This document shows, piece by piece, positions 9,720 to 19,209 of a DNA stretch of 64,000 bases. Where the stretch lies: IMG/VR virus record IMGVR_UViG_3300031555_003309, positions 1 to 64,000 of that record. The stretch is one strand, 5' to 3'. The position numbers were made by a program, and so were the translations under genes. The DNA is from a virus (taxonomy: Duplodnaviria; Caudoviricetes). The notes beneath the pieces are model-generated. The model searched no databases. It was given only the letters and a program-made list of their open reading frames with translations, and was not told the origin of the DNA. Within the stretch, counting starts at the first letter, position 1; every line of letters starts with the position of its first letter.

Positions 9720-10049
9720 ATGATTAAAATTATTAATGAAAGTTCTATATTAAATCAAGATGAATTAAATGAAAAATATATGGATTTAACAGATAAAGTA
9801 ACTAGAACATACAAAGATGCAATAGATAAAATTTATAAAGATTTATATGATAATGAAGAAATCATACACGAAGTACTAAAAGAAATAGTAGGTGCAGAAT
9901 ATATACAAAAAAATGAATTAGTTAATATTGATACTTTAGATAATGAAGATAAAATTATATTATCAAATTCAGTTAGTAATAATGTAGATTCTGATGAATT
10001 AAATTCTACATTATTATCTTATATAAAAGAATTTATATCAGACATATAA
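9720..10049 (+). CDS. Small acidic protein with MIKIINES leader (candidate internal head protein)
   Basis: N-terminal hydrophobic-x-E motif shared with other acidic ORFs. Confidence 0.45.
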   Translation: MIKIINESSILNQDELNEKYMDLTDKVTRTYKDAIDKIYKDLYDNEEIIHEVLKEIVGAEYIQKNELVNIDTLDNEDKIILSNSVSNNVDSDELNSTLLSYIKEFISDI

Positions 10050-10067
10050 TGAAGTAGGTGATATTAA

Positions 10068-10478
10068 ATGAATGAATATAATAATTCATCTAATAATTAT
10101 TTTTCCTTATTAAAAACTAGCAAAGATATAAGTATGATTGATAATAGAATTGCTGATAGAATCATTATAACTCAAACAGGTGAAATGTATTTTGACTATG
10201 ATGAAAATACTAGAATACAAATTACAAGTAATTCTCAATTTTATATGTCTAGTGCAGTATTAGATTTTTCCAATAGTGAAATAATAGAAATAGAGTTTGA
10301 TAAATTTAAAGATTATAATGGAGACTCTATAACTATTCCTACTATAGGAGCTTTTGTTTTTGATACAGCGGGAGGTATTGGAGTTATTATAAACAAAGAT
10401 GATGCAAAAAGAATTTGTAGCATAAAATTATTGACCTCTAACGGTTTGAGTATAATGAGAGTAAATTCAAACAATTAA
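10068..10478 (+). CDS. Fibre-module paralog (hypothetical structural protein)
   Basis: DRIIITQTGEMYFDYDENTRIQIT; colinear with the N-terminus of 14542. Confidence 0.5.
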   Translation: MNEYNNSSNNYFSLLKTSKDISMIDNRIADRIIITQTGEMYFDYDENTRIQITSNSQFYMSSAVLDFSNSEIIEIEFDKFKDYNGDSITIPTIGAFVFDTAGGIGVIINKDDAKRICSIKLLTSNGLSIMRVNSNN

Positions 10479-10492
10479 ATATTTAATTAAAG

Positions 10493-10537
10493 ATAATAAG
10501 ATTTTGGTAATATTTACTAAAGTCTTATTATTTTTTT
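10493..10537 (+). terminator. Intrinsic terminator
   Basis: ataataagattttggtaa / ttactaaagtcttattat stem (with G-U pairs) followed by a T-run. Confidence 0.65.
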
Positions 10538-10578
10538 GTTTAAATGTAATAAAGTTTAATACAATTATAAAAAAACTA

Positions 10579-10607
10579 TTTACAAATGAAGTAAAATGTG
10601 TTATAAT
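10579..10607 (+). promoter_or_regulatory. Host sigma-A-type promoter
   Basis: TTTACA - 17 bp - TATAAT with an extended -10 TG and an A-rich upstream tract. Confidence 0.75.
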
Positions 10608-10657
10608 TAAATCAGAAATTAAAACTACATAATTTTATTTAAAAAGGAGAATTTATT

Positions 10658-11569
10658 ATGACAAACACAAGAACAAGTACATGGAACTCTATAGGAACAG
10701 ATCTTAACACCACTGATTTTTCTACAGTGTTAAAAGATGCACATCTTGATTATACGGTTAAATGTCAAGACGTTACTACGGAAATTAATGGAGAACAAAT
10801 TGTTATTCCTGGTAGAAAAGCTATTGTTAGAGATGATGGACATATCTATGGTGTCTTATCTAAAAATTACACACCTATTCAAAATCAAACAGCATTTGAA
10901 TTTATAAATGATATTGATGAAGATATAAAATTTGTTAAAGCTGGGGAAACATATAATGGTCTGATTTACATCATAGGAGAGCTTAATAAAGTTAATATAC
11001 TTGGTGATGAATTTATCCCACATGTTATTTTTAGAAATTCTCATAATGGTGGATATTCTTTAGCTACAAGTATCTGTCCGTTAAGAGTAGTTTGTCAGAA
11101 TCAATTTAATTTGGCATTTAAAGAAAGTAATTCAACATTCATTATAAAACACACCATAAATGCTGAAAATAAAATGGCCATTGCTTCTGACGCTCTTAAA
11201 AACATATCACATTATATGAAAGTGTTTAATGAAAAAGCTGAATTATTTGCTACACAAAAAATAGATGAAGCAAAAGTAACCAAGTTTATAAACTTTATGT
11301 TTCCAATAAATGAAGAAATGACACCTAAGGCAATTGAACAGGCTGAAGAACAAAAAACTAGATTTATTAAGGCTTATCAATCAGATGATAACCTAAACTT
11401 TAGAGGAACAGCTTGGGGATTAATTAATGGATTAACCGATTATATAACACATAAAACATATAAGAGAAAAGTAGAAAATGCAGATGAAAAAAGATTTATA
11501 GATACCATTTGCATCGGCGATAAATTAAATGAATCAATGGACTTTATTAAAGCTTTATCAGTAGCTTAA
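10658..11569 (+). CDS. DUF932/DUF945 (LGT_TIGR03299-like) phage/plasmid protein
   Basis: AIVRDD..YGVLSKNYTPIQNQTAFEF, FRNSHNGG, PLRVVCQNQ, KHT, RGTAWGLINGLTDYITH. Confidence 0.85.
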   Translation: MTNTRTSTWNSIGTDLNTTDFSTVLKDAHLDYTVKCQDVTTEINGEQIVIPGRKAIVRDDGHIYGVLSKNYTPIQNQTAFEFINDIDEDIKFVKAGETYNGLIYIIGELNKVNILGDEFIPHVIFRNSHNGGYSLATSICPLRVVCQNQFNLAFKESNSTFIIKHTINAENKMAIASDALKNISHYMKVFNEKAELFATQKIDEAKVTKFINFMFPINEEMTPKAIEQAEEQKTRFIKAYQSDDNLNFRGTAWGLINGLTDYITHKTYKRKVENADEKRFIDTICIGDKLNESMDFIKALSVA

Positions 11570-11585
11570 AAATATATATAAAAAT

Positions 11586-11614
11586 AAAGGTGAGATTTAA
11601 ATCTCACCTTTTTT
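11586..11614 (+). terminator. Intrinsic terminator
   Basis: aaaggtgagatt / aatctcaccttt stem plus T-run; a TAAAATAAAACTAAT motif variant follows at 11621. Confidence 0.75.
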
Positions 11615-11689
11615 ATGTATTAAAATAAAACTAATGGATTAAACACGGTCCAGTATATAAAAAAATTTATTATGAAAGGGCTTGATAGA

Positions 11690-13309
11690 ATGGCTGATTT
11701 ACATTTATTTAAATTAATTGAAACTTCTAATGAAGCTCTAGTCACTTCCAGAGTTCCTGGACAATATATTGTTCAAGATGATGGTCAAATGTATTATGAT
11801 AATACATTAGGTGCTAGAGTTAAATTATCTCCGGATTTATCTGGACTTTTAACTAAAAGTTTCGCTAGTGCAGTAAATAATGAAACTGTTGCAGGAATTA
11901 AATATTCACAAAATACAGTTGATACAAATGCAACTGATATTGTAGTGACATATATAAATCCTACAAACAGCACTACTCGTGAAGAAACATTTACTGTAAA
12001 ATTATCAAATGGTAAAGTATTATTTAATTCTGAAAATGGTGAAATCTTAATTGACATTGATGCTACAGATAGTGTTGAAGTTGATAATGATGCACCTATC
12101 ACAAGTAACGCAGTTGCTCTTTTAAAGAGTGAATTAATTACTATGATTAATGAATCAAAAGAATTAGGTGTACCTACTATTAAGACATTCTCATTAACAG
12201 GAACTGCAACTGCAGATTCAGTATTGGCAACTTGGCAAACCGAAACAGGAAAACCTGCAAAAGCTGGTGACATTGCTATCTTAACAAAAAATATAGGTGA
12301 AACACTTAAAGTTGAATATACAGCGTATGTATTTGATGGAAATACATGGCAGGCTATGGATGGTAATTATGATGCATCTAATGTGTATTTAGGCACAGAT
12401 ATTTTGTTAGCAGGTAATTATAAAACAGTTGGTAATATTGATAAAACTTCAACTAGTGCTACTAAAAATGCTGGTTGGGTTGGTAAATCTATTGCTGATA
12501 TTCTTACCAATATCTTTACGCAGACTCTAAATCCTTCAAAACCTACTCCATCTGTAAGTGTTGCTTTAGATAATGCTGGTGCAAAAGAAGTTGGTACAAC
12601 TATTACTCCATCATTTACTGTAACATTCGATCCTAAGACATATTCATATGGTTCAGCTAGAGATAATGGTAAAGCTGGTGGTTCTACATATGCAGAACCA
12701 GGAGTGGCTACTGTTACTTTATCTGAAGGTGGTCCATTGTCTGGTGAAATGGTAGAAGGAGATAATTGGAATGGTGGTAAAGTTACTCTTACATTAACTG
12801 CTACACCTATCAAAGTTACATCTGCTACTAGTTTTAATGCTACTAAAGTAACATGTGTGTACGATGATGGTGAAATTCCTTATACAAATACAAAACAAGA
12901 GTATGCAAGTTCTCAAGTTATTGGTAATACTGCAAGTAGTACAACTGCTACTTCTAAGATTACAGGGTATTATGCTAAACTATGGGGTTATACAACTGCT
13001 GATAATTTAATTGCTGATCCTGCAAATCTTACAGCTGATGATATCGCTACTTTGACAAAAGTACAATCAGTTCCTACTTCAACTACTAATAGTGCAATGA
13101 GACAAATTTTCTTTATTGTACCTAAAGATAGTGTAAGCAAAGTAGATGTTATTGCTTCAACAACGATTCCGTTTGGTACTGCTGCTAAAGGAACTGCTGT
13201 TTCAATAACTGATGCAAGTGGTGTAGACACATATGAATGTGATGTATGGTACATTAGCCAGCCTCTTCCTGGAGCAGATAATGAAACATACAGCATTTCT
13301 TTATCATAA
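11690..13309 (+). CDS. Virion fibre/decoration protein (Thr/Gly/Ala-rich)
   Basis: Paralog of 8452; beta-rich, with GCT/GGT/ACT codon bias like the capsid gene. Start moved to ATG 11690 (RBS gaaaggg). Confidence 0.6.
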   Translation: MADLHLFKLIETSNEALVTSRVPGQYIVQDDGQMYYDNTLGARVKLSPDLSGLLTKSFASAVNNETVAGIKYSQNTVDTNATDIVVTYINPTNSTTREETFTVKLSNGKVLFNSENGEILIDIDATDSVEVDNDAPITSNAVALLKSELITMINESKELGVPTIKTFSLTGTATADSVLATWQTETGKPAKAGDIAILTKNIGETLKVEYTAYVFDGNTWQAMDGNYDASNVYLGTDILLAGNYKTVGNIDKTSTSATKNAGWVGKSIADILTNIFTQTLNPSKPTPSVSVALDNAGAKEVGTTITPSFTVTFDPKTYSYGSARDNGKAGGSTYAEPGVATVTLSEGGPLSGEMVEGDNWNGGKVTLTLTATPIKVTSATSFNATKVTCVYDDGEIPYTNTKQEYASSQVIGNTASSTTATSKITGYYAKLWGYTTADNLIADPANLTADDIATLTKVQSVPTSTTNSAMRQIFFIVPKDSVSKVDVIASTTIPFGTAAKGTAVSITDASGVDTYECDVWYISQPLPGADNETYSISLS

Positions 13310-13323
13310 GGAGGCGATAAGTT

Positions 13324-14514
13324 ATGAGTAATATTTCAAATTTCTTTAACTCGTTAGCAACCGGTAATAAATGGAAAGCCGGTGTCGCATTTACTAGAAC
13401 AGGTGCTTTACCACTAGATGATAGCTCAGTATTTGCATCTGTGACAGCTGCTCAAGAATATGCAGCTACAGGAGGAAATAGTTATCCTGGTCAATTTATT
13501 ACAGTTGTTACTGAATCAGAAGTAATTGCATTTGTTGTTACTCCTGCTAAGACAATTCAAAGATTAGCTTCTACTTCAATTGAAGGAGATGTAGATAGTG
13601 CTATTTCTAAATTAAATAATGATTTGACCACATTGACAGGTACTGTAAATGGATTAAGTACAACTGTGGGAAATCATGCAACTGATTTAGCTAAGAAAGA
13701 ATATAAACTTACAGATAGTAATACAGTTACTTTTGATAGAACGAATGCAGAAGCTCCAGTAGCAAATGTAAAAGTAAGTTCTAAAGATGGTAATTCATTA
13801 TCTATAGATGAAGATAATGGTGGATTGTATGTTGAAGTTCCAGAAGTTGATGTTCCTGAATATACAGTAGCTGTATCTGCAGTGACTACTGAAGGATATG
13901 CTAAATCATATGAGTTACAAAAAGATGGAGTAGCTATTGGAGCTAAAATAGATATTCCTAAGGATATGGTTGTTCAGTCTGGTAGTGTTCAAACATATAC
14001 AACTGAAACTTTGCCTGATGATTTAACAACTCCTGGTACTTACATTGTACTTACATTATCTAATGCAGCTAATGATACAATTTATATTCCTGCAGATAGT
14101 CTTATTGAATATGTAACAAGTGGTAGTGATACCGATGATGCTGTTCAAATTACTATCGGAAGTGATTATAAGGTAACTGCAGCTATTAAAGATGGATCTA
14201 TTGTTACAAGTATGCTTGCAGCAGCAGTTGTAACAACTGAAAAAATCAATGACAAAGCTGTTACAAAAAATAAGTTATCAGAAACTCTTCAGGATAGTAT
14301 TGATAAAGCTGATTCAGCTGTACAGCCTGATGATATTAAATCAGATTTAGATGCAGCAGCTGATACAGATTTAGTAAATGCAGGTGCTATTAAAACTGCA
14401 ATTGCTAATAAAGAAGTTCCAGAATATGGTGCTATTACAGATACTGCTACAAACGACACTTGGGCTGGTTCTAAAGATGTATATGATTTATTGACAATTA
14501 CACATATCGGTTGA
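13324..14514 (+). CDS. Virion fibre protein
   Basis: N-terminus shared with 1348; coiled coil; DGSIVTSML/VTTEKI/DKAVTKNKL short repeats typical of fibres; RBS aaggagg. Confidence 0.6.
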   Translation: MSNISNFFNSLATGNKWKAGVAFTRTGALPLDDSSVFASVTAAQEYAATGGNSYPGQFITVVTESEVIAFVVTPAKTIQRLASTSIEGDVDSAISKLNNDLTTLTGTVNGLSTTVGNHATDLAKKEYKLTDSNTVTFDRTNAEAPVANVKVSSKDGNSLSIDEDNGGLYVEVPEVDVPEYTVAVSAVTTEGYAKSYELQKDGVAIGAKIDIPKDMVVQSGSVQTYTTETLPDDLTTPGTYIVLTLSNAANDTIYIPADSLIEYVTSGSDTDDAVQITIGSDYKVTAAIKDGSIVTSMLAAAVVTTEKINDKAVTKNKLSETLQDSIDKADSAVQPDDIKSDLDAAADTDLVNAGAIKTAIANKEVPEYGAITDTATNDTWAGSKDVYDLLTITHIG

Positions 14515-14541
14515 TAAATCTGCTTGTGAGGTGAATATGGT

Positions 14542-15456
14542 ATGTCGCAATATTTACAAGTAGTTAAGACTCCAAAAAGTATTGAAGAAATTACAGACTT
14601 AGTAAGTGATAGATTGATTATAACTAAGAGCGGACAATTATATTTTGATTATTCTTCTGATTTACGTATTGAAATATCAAATTCATCTAAACCATATTTA
14701 TGTCACTATAATTTTTCAACTAAATCATTAAATGATATACTTACATTAAAATTATCCGATATATTTGAATTAGACGCTGAAGGTGATGAACGTCCTGTAA
14801 CTTCCATTAAAAATAATTCATTAATATTTGATGAAAATGGTAATTATGCTTTAATTTTTAAAGTGGCTAGTAATCACCAACAGTGCGAATGTAAAATAAT
14901 TGGATTAATAAATCAGAATGTAAAAGATACAATCACTGATAAATTAGGAAATGAAATAATTGGAAGTTTTATTGTGGCTAAATATATTTATGGTGTTGAA
15001 ATTTCGTTTAGCAAACTAAATATAACCACAGGTGAAATTACTTCTGAAAATATAATTTTAAAGTCAGATGATTCTCTTAATATTACTCAAAATGAGGATA
15101 ATCCTAATCAAATAGATTTTGGAATAAAAGTATCTAAGTTTACAGATAATCTTTTACAAGTTGTTAGTGATGGATTATTGGTTATTAATCCAAATAATAA
15201 TGAATTTAATAAACTATATAAATTTTCAAATCCTTATAATAGCTTAGATGATATTTCTATGCCGTATGATGAAAATGTTATATATTTGATTGGAACAGAA
15301 GCTCCATATAAAACATACGTTGCAATAGATTCTGATTTAGTATATTTAGGTGACAGTGGTATATCGGATGAATATAAAGAAGAATTTATGGATGAATTAT
15401 TATTAATGATTAATAAAAATCAATCAGTTACACGTATTGATTTAGATGATGAATAG
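14542..15456 (+). CDS. Fibre-module paralog (structural)
   Basis: DRLIITKSGQLYFDYSSDLRIEIS; VSKFTDNLLQVVSDGLLV resembles VSSKDGNSLSIDEDNGGLYV of 13324. Confidence 0.5.
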   Translation: MSQYLQVVKTPKSIEEITDLVSDRLIITKSGQLYFDYSSDLRIEISNSSKPYLCHYNFSTKSLNDILTLKLSDIFELDAEGDERPVTSIKNNSLIFDENGNYALIFKVASNHQQCECKIIGLINQNVKDTITDKLGNEIIGSFIVAKYIYGVEISFSKLNITTGEITSENIILKSDDSLNITQNEDNPNQIDFGIKVSKFTDNLLQVVSDGLLVINPNNNEFNKLYKFSNPYNSLDDISMPYDENVIYLIGTEAPYKTYVAIDSDLVYLGDSGISDEYKEEFMDELLLMINKNQSVTRIDLDDE

Positions 15457-15472
15457 TTTGTATAAATTTTAT

Positions 15473-15505
15473 AAATGAGGGAAATAATCAAAGCCCTCAT
15501 TTTTT
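15473..15505 (+). terminator. Intrinsic terminator
   Basis: aaatgaggg / ccctcattt stem with a T-run. Confidence 0.6.
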
Positions 15506-15544
15506 ATTGTATTTAATATAGTAGTTAAAAAGGAGGTGACAAAA

Positions 15545-16423
15545 GTGTTTACAAGTCCTCATGCAAAAATGAGGTTCGTTGAAAGAGTGAAAAATTGTGG
15601 ATTACCAAAAAATAATAAAAAAAGAGTAACATTTATTGAAGATTATATAAAGAGAGCATATAAATTAGGATTAACTCCTAAAGAAATAAATGACACTTAT
15701 TTAAGAGATTATATGTACAGTAAATTAAAAAGAAATAATCATGAGGTAATTATAACTAAAATCACATGTTATAAAGATAATTTATTTTTATTTCATAATG
15801 CTACATGTGTAACAATATTAGAATTACCAGATAAAGCAAAATCATCTATAAATAAAGCGGTTTATGCAACTAATTTAAAATCATTTATAAATATGTTAAA
15901 TGAAAATAAAGCTGTTAAAAAATGGTTAACCGAAAATGCAAGTCATCTGGAAAACGGTAATACTCTTAATAGATGCGTTATAAGAAAATTAAAAAATATT
16001 AATTATAACTATGTTTTAAATAACATTCCTTTAAATTCAATAATATATATTAAAAATCCAGAATCTATTAAGAAAATAATTATAAATAACAATAATAATA
16101 GAGAAGAAAACATTAAAATGTTATATTATTTTATATCAGCTCTTATATTGCTTTTACCAAAAAAACAAATAATGAAATTGCAAAATAAACTTAAAAATAA
16201 TAAACAATCTGTGTTCACTATTATTAATAATAAAGGTTTTACTCAAAAACAGTTAGATGTATGCTATAAACAGTTGTTCATAATGTTAAACGGAAATATA
16301 ACTCCTAAATATAAAAAATTTAATGTAGATGATAATAAATGTTTTGATTTAATAAATGATTATATCACAAACGTTATATTTAATTATATTGAAAAAATAA
16401 AACATATTTATGAAACAAAATAA
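15545..16423 (+). CDS. Basic protein with N-terminal DUF4258/RelE-like motif
   Basis: FTSPHAKMRFVER...LFLFHNATCVTIL; very Lys/Asn-rich; GTG start after aaggagg. Confidence 0.45.
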   Translation: MFTSPHAKMRFVERVKNCGLPKNNKKRVTFIEDYIKRAYKLGLTPKEINDTYLRDYMYSKLKRNNHEVIITKITCYKDNLFLFHNATCVTILELPDKAKSSINKAVYATNLKSFINMLNENKAVKKWLTENASHLENGNTLNRCVIRKLKNINYNYVLNNIPLNSIIYIKNPESIKKIIINNNNNREENIKMLYYFISALILLLPKKQIMKLQNKLKNNKQSVFTIINNKGFTQKQLDVCYKQLFIMLNGNITPKYKKFNVDDNKCFDLINDYITNVIFNYIEKIKHIYETK

Positions 16424-16435
16424 GGAGATGAAGTA

Positions 16436-18373
16436 ATGTCATTGACATTAGAAAAAATTAAAGAATATAATTCAAAAATACCAGAACATGTTTTTAAAAA
16501 TGGAGTAAATAAAAATTCACCATTTTGTTTTTTAGACTTTGAAGTATTTAAACATGATTGGTTAATATGTTTTTCAACCGACGGTGTCAACATAAAACAC
16601 ATAATCAACGATCCTGTGCAATTAAAAAAATTATTCTTAAAATTGCATGACAGAATTCATATTGCCTATAATGGTAATAACTATGATAAACTTATTGCTT
16701 TAGGATTATTAAATGATTTAAATCCTAAAGAAATAAATGATAATATAATTAATAATTTCAATTTTAATTTCAATATGACATATGGAAATTTAATAAGAGA
16801 AGGTAGAGAGTTAATGTGGTACGATCCATCTAGTAGATTAGGTGGATCGCTTAAAACTTATGAGGCCTGTGAAGGTGAAAATATATATGAATCAGAAGTT
16901 GATTTTAATTTAGACAGAAAATTAACTCAAGAAGAAATAGATGAAACTATTAAATATTGTTCATTTGATGTTGAAAAACTTATTCAATATTTTTATAAAG
17001 AAAATTTTGATTCATTCTTAGGTCATATAGGTTTAATAGACCAAACATTACAAGCTAGACCTTGGTTAGATTTTTCAGTTTGTTTACCAAAAACAGATGC
17101 ATCTTTAGTAGGAACTTATTTATGTACTGAGAAAAAAGATGATCCAACTAAAGACACAGATGTAATACAGTTGCCTGATAATATTATGTTAGGTAAGTAT
17201 GAAAATCAAATTAAAGAATTTTTGGAAATACCAATTAAAACTTTGAAAAAAGGTATATATAATTCATTAAATGCATGGTCTTTAAAAACAATAGAAAAAT
17301 CAATTAATAGATGTACCGATGAAACATTTCTTAATAAATTAAAAAATAAAGAAGAAAAAGCATTAAATAAAATTAAAAAGTTAAAAACAAGTGTAATAGA
17401 ATTTAAAAATAAATCGGTATTAACAGACAAACAACAAGAAAAATTAGAAAAAACCACTGAAGATATTAAAGTTGCTGTTAGTGAGTTAAATGAAATAAGA
17501 ATAGCAATAGATACTGAAAATAAATTATTACATCGATTGCAAGCATTAAAAATAAAATTAGATGAACATAAGTGTTTAGATTTTTGCAATCCATTATATA
17601 ATGAGATTTTAGCTAACATAGTAGATATAGCATATGAAACTAATAGTCCTAGTACTACAAGTAAAAAAACATTATTGATTGACTATCTTAACTCTTCACT
17701 GCAAAAATTATTTGATTTAAAATACACTTTAAACAAAAAAGAAACACCATTTAATTCGATTTTAATTGAATGTTCTTTTGAAGTTATATTAAACATAAAA
17801 GGAATTCCTCATTTATTTAAAACAGGTGGTATACATAGTGTTGCAGGTAAATCACTATTTTTTGATAAATCAACAGAGCATGATAAAAATAGAAGATTAT
17901 TAATTGCCGATGTAGGATCACTATATCCTAATTTAATGAGAGTGTTTGGATTGTGTTCAATAGGTATGGATAATCCACAACAATTTGCACAAATGATATT
18001 TGATAGAATAGAATTAAAGAAAAAGAAAGATCCATTCGCAAATGTATTAAAACTTATTCTTAATACTACATATGGATGTATGGGAAGTGTTTATAATAAT
18101 TTGTATGATCCAACCAATAGATTAAAAGTATGTATTTTCGGACAATGTACTATTGTAGATTTATTAGATAAATTAGAAGACCAAGTTCCAGGATTAGAAA
18201 TTTTTCAATCTAACACAGATGGTATCATTATTTCTTGTGAAGATCATGAATACGATAATGTTGAAAGAATAATTCATGAATGGGAATCAAGAACTGGATT
18301 AGAAATGGAAATCGAGGAGTGTTTATATTTGGCACAACGAGATGTTTCTAATTACATCCTTATAGAGAAATAA
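16436..18373 (+). CDS. Family B DNA polymerase, N-terminal part (exonuclease + palm/fingers)
   Basis: ExoI LDFEV, ExoII YNGNNYD, ExoIII YCSFD; motif A DVGSLYP, motif B KLILNTTYG, motif C NTDG; ends right after RDVSNYI. Confidence 0.9.
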   Translation: MSLTLEKIKEYNSKIPEHVFKNGVNKNSPFCFLDFEVFKHDWLICFSTDGVNIKHIINDPVQLKKLFLKLHDRIHIAYNGNNYDKLIALGLLNDLNPKEINDNIINNFNFNFNMTYGNLIREGRELMWYDPSSRLGGSLKTYEACEGENIYESEVDFNLDRKLTQEEIDETIKYCSFDVEKLIQYFYKENFDSFLGHIGLIDQTLQARPWLDFSVCLPKTDASLVGTYLCTEKKDDPTKDTDVIQLPDNIMLGKYENQIKEFLEIPIKTLKKGIYNSLNAWSLKTIEKSINRCTDETFLNKLKNKEEKALNKIKKLKTSVIEFKNKSVLTDKQQEKLEKTTEDIKVAVSELNEIRIAIDTENKLLHRLQALKIKLDEHKCLDFCNPLYNEILANIVDIAYETNSPSTTSKKTLLIDYLNSSLQKLFDLKYTLNKKETPFNSILIECSFEVILNIKGIPHLFKTGGIHSVAGKSLFFDKSTEHDKNRRLLIADVGSLYPNLMRVFGLCSIGMDNPQQFAQMIFDRIELKKKKDPFANVLKLILNTTYGCMGSVYNNLYDPTNRLKVCIFGQCTIVDLLDKLEDQVPGLEIFQSNTDGIIISCEDHEYDNVERIIHEWESRTGLEMEIEECLYLAQRDVSNYILIEK

Positions 18374-18390
18374 TTATAATTTTTGGTATT

Positions 18391-18496
18391 AAAATTACCA
18401 TTCAATTTAATGTTTTAACCATTTAATATATATTTCTATTTAAAATAGTTTATTATTTTCTAAAATGGTTTATGGACATATTTGAATGGTAATTTT
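18391..18496. repeat. Long imperfect hairpin inside the polymerase split
   Basis: 15-bp perfect arms aaaattaccattcaa (18391-18405) / ttgaatggtaatttt (18482-18496); inner stems atgt/acat, aaccattt/aaatggtt and ctatt/aatag. Confidence 0.85.
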
Positions 18497-18549
18497 TATT
18501 AATAATTTTTACTTTAAAATGCTATTATATATTATCGGGAGGAGATATC

Positions 18550-19044
18550 ATGGATTATCCGGCATTTATTAAAACTATTGAAATTAAAAACGGATTTAAA
18601 GTTAAAGTGAAAGGAGGTTCTGTTGGTAAACCTAATGAATTTAATAAAAATCTTATAATTATTAAAAAAGCATTAGTTAATCATTTTATAGAACACAAAA
18701 CTATATATGACACAATTAGAGAAAATCAAGATTTAATAGATTATCAAATTATAAAGAAAAGAACAGCAAAAACTAAATATAAAGATATGTTAACAAATAC
18801 AGACTTACCAGATAAAGTATTACGTTTATTTCCTGTAACTCAAGGTGGTATGCAAATATTGACTGACACTTATAAACAAATACCTGATGTTCCAGAAAGA
18901 ACAGTACTAATTAAAGATGATATTCGAAATAAAACTATCAATGATATTCCAAATTTTGATATAAATTATTACATTGAAAAATTCAATGATGAATTAGAAT
19001 CATGGTTGTCTGGAAAAGAAGAAATTAATGAAGAAAATATTTGA
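18550..19044 (+). CDS. Family B DNA polymerase, C-terminal (thumb) part
   Basis: KVKVKGG (the KxKG motif that normally follows D-V-x-N-Y), IIKKALVNHF, DLIDYQIIKK, FDINYYI; own strong RBS gggaggag. Confidence 0.75.
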   Translation: MDYPAFIKTIEIKNGFKVKVKGGSVGKPNEFNKNLIIIKKALVNHFIEHKTIYDTIRENQDLIDYQIIKKRTAKTKYKDMLTNTDLPDKVLRLFPVTQGGMQILTDTYKQIPDVPERTVLIKDDIRNKTINDIPNFDINYYIEKFNDELESWLSGKEEINEENI

Positions 19045-19167
19045 TAATTTTTTTGAATTTATTTTTGTTCATAAATGGCTAGATGTATAATAGAATTTTC
19101 TAATTGTAAGGTATACGTAATTTAGAAATGAATAAATATTTAGTTTAATTCAAACTAAATTTCAATT

Positions 19168-19182
19168 TAAAATACAACTAAA
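19168..19182 (+). promoter_or_regulatory. TAAAATAnAAnTATA motif variant upstream of nrdD
   Basis: taaaatacaactaaa after the hairpin atttagttt/aaactaaat. Confidence 0.4.
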
Positions 19183-19209
19183 ACAATTTGAAAAGGAGAC
19201 TTATTTAAA

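Noticed and set aside
17570-17770. Mini-intein in the PolB insertion (CLDFCNPL ... PFNS)
   Set aside because: Only ~60 aa between the putative ends, with no block-B TxxH and no penultimate His.
18374-18549. Group I/II intron or split intein as the explanation for the polB gap
   Set aside because: The gap is only 176 nt, extremely AT-rich and a single hairpin with no recognisable catalytic core. ORF1 has no N-intein tail and ORF2 has no HN-C/S/T junction.
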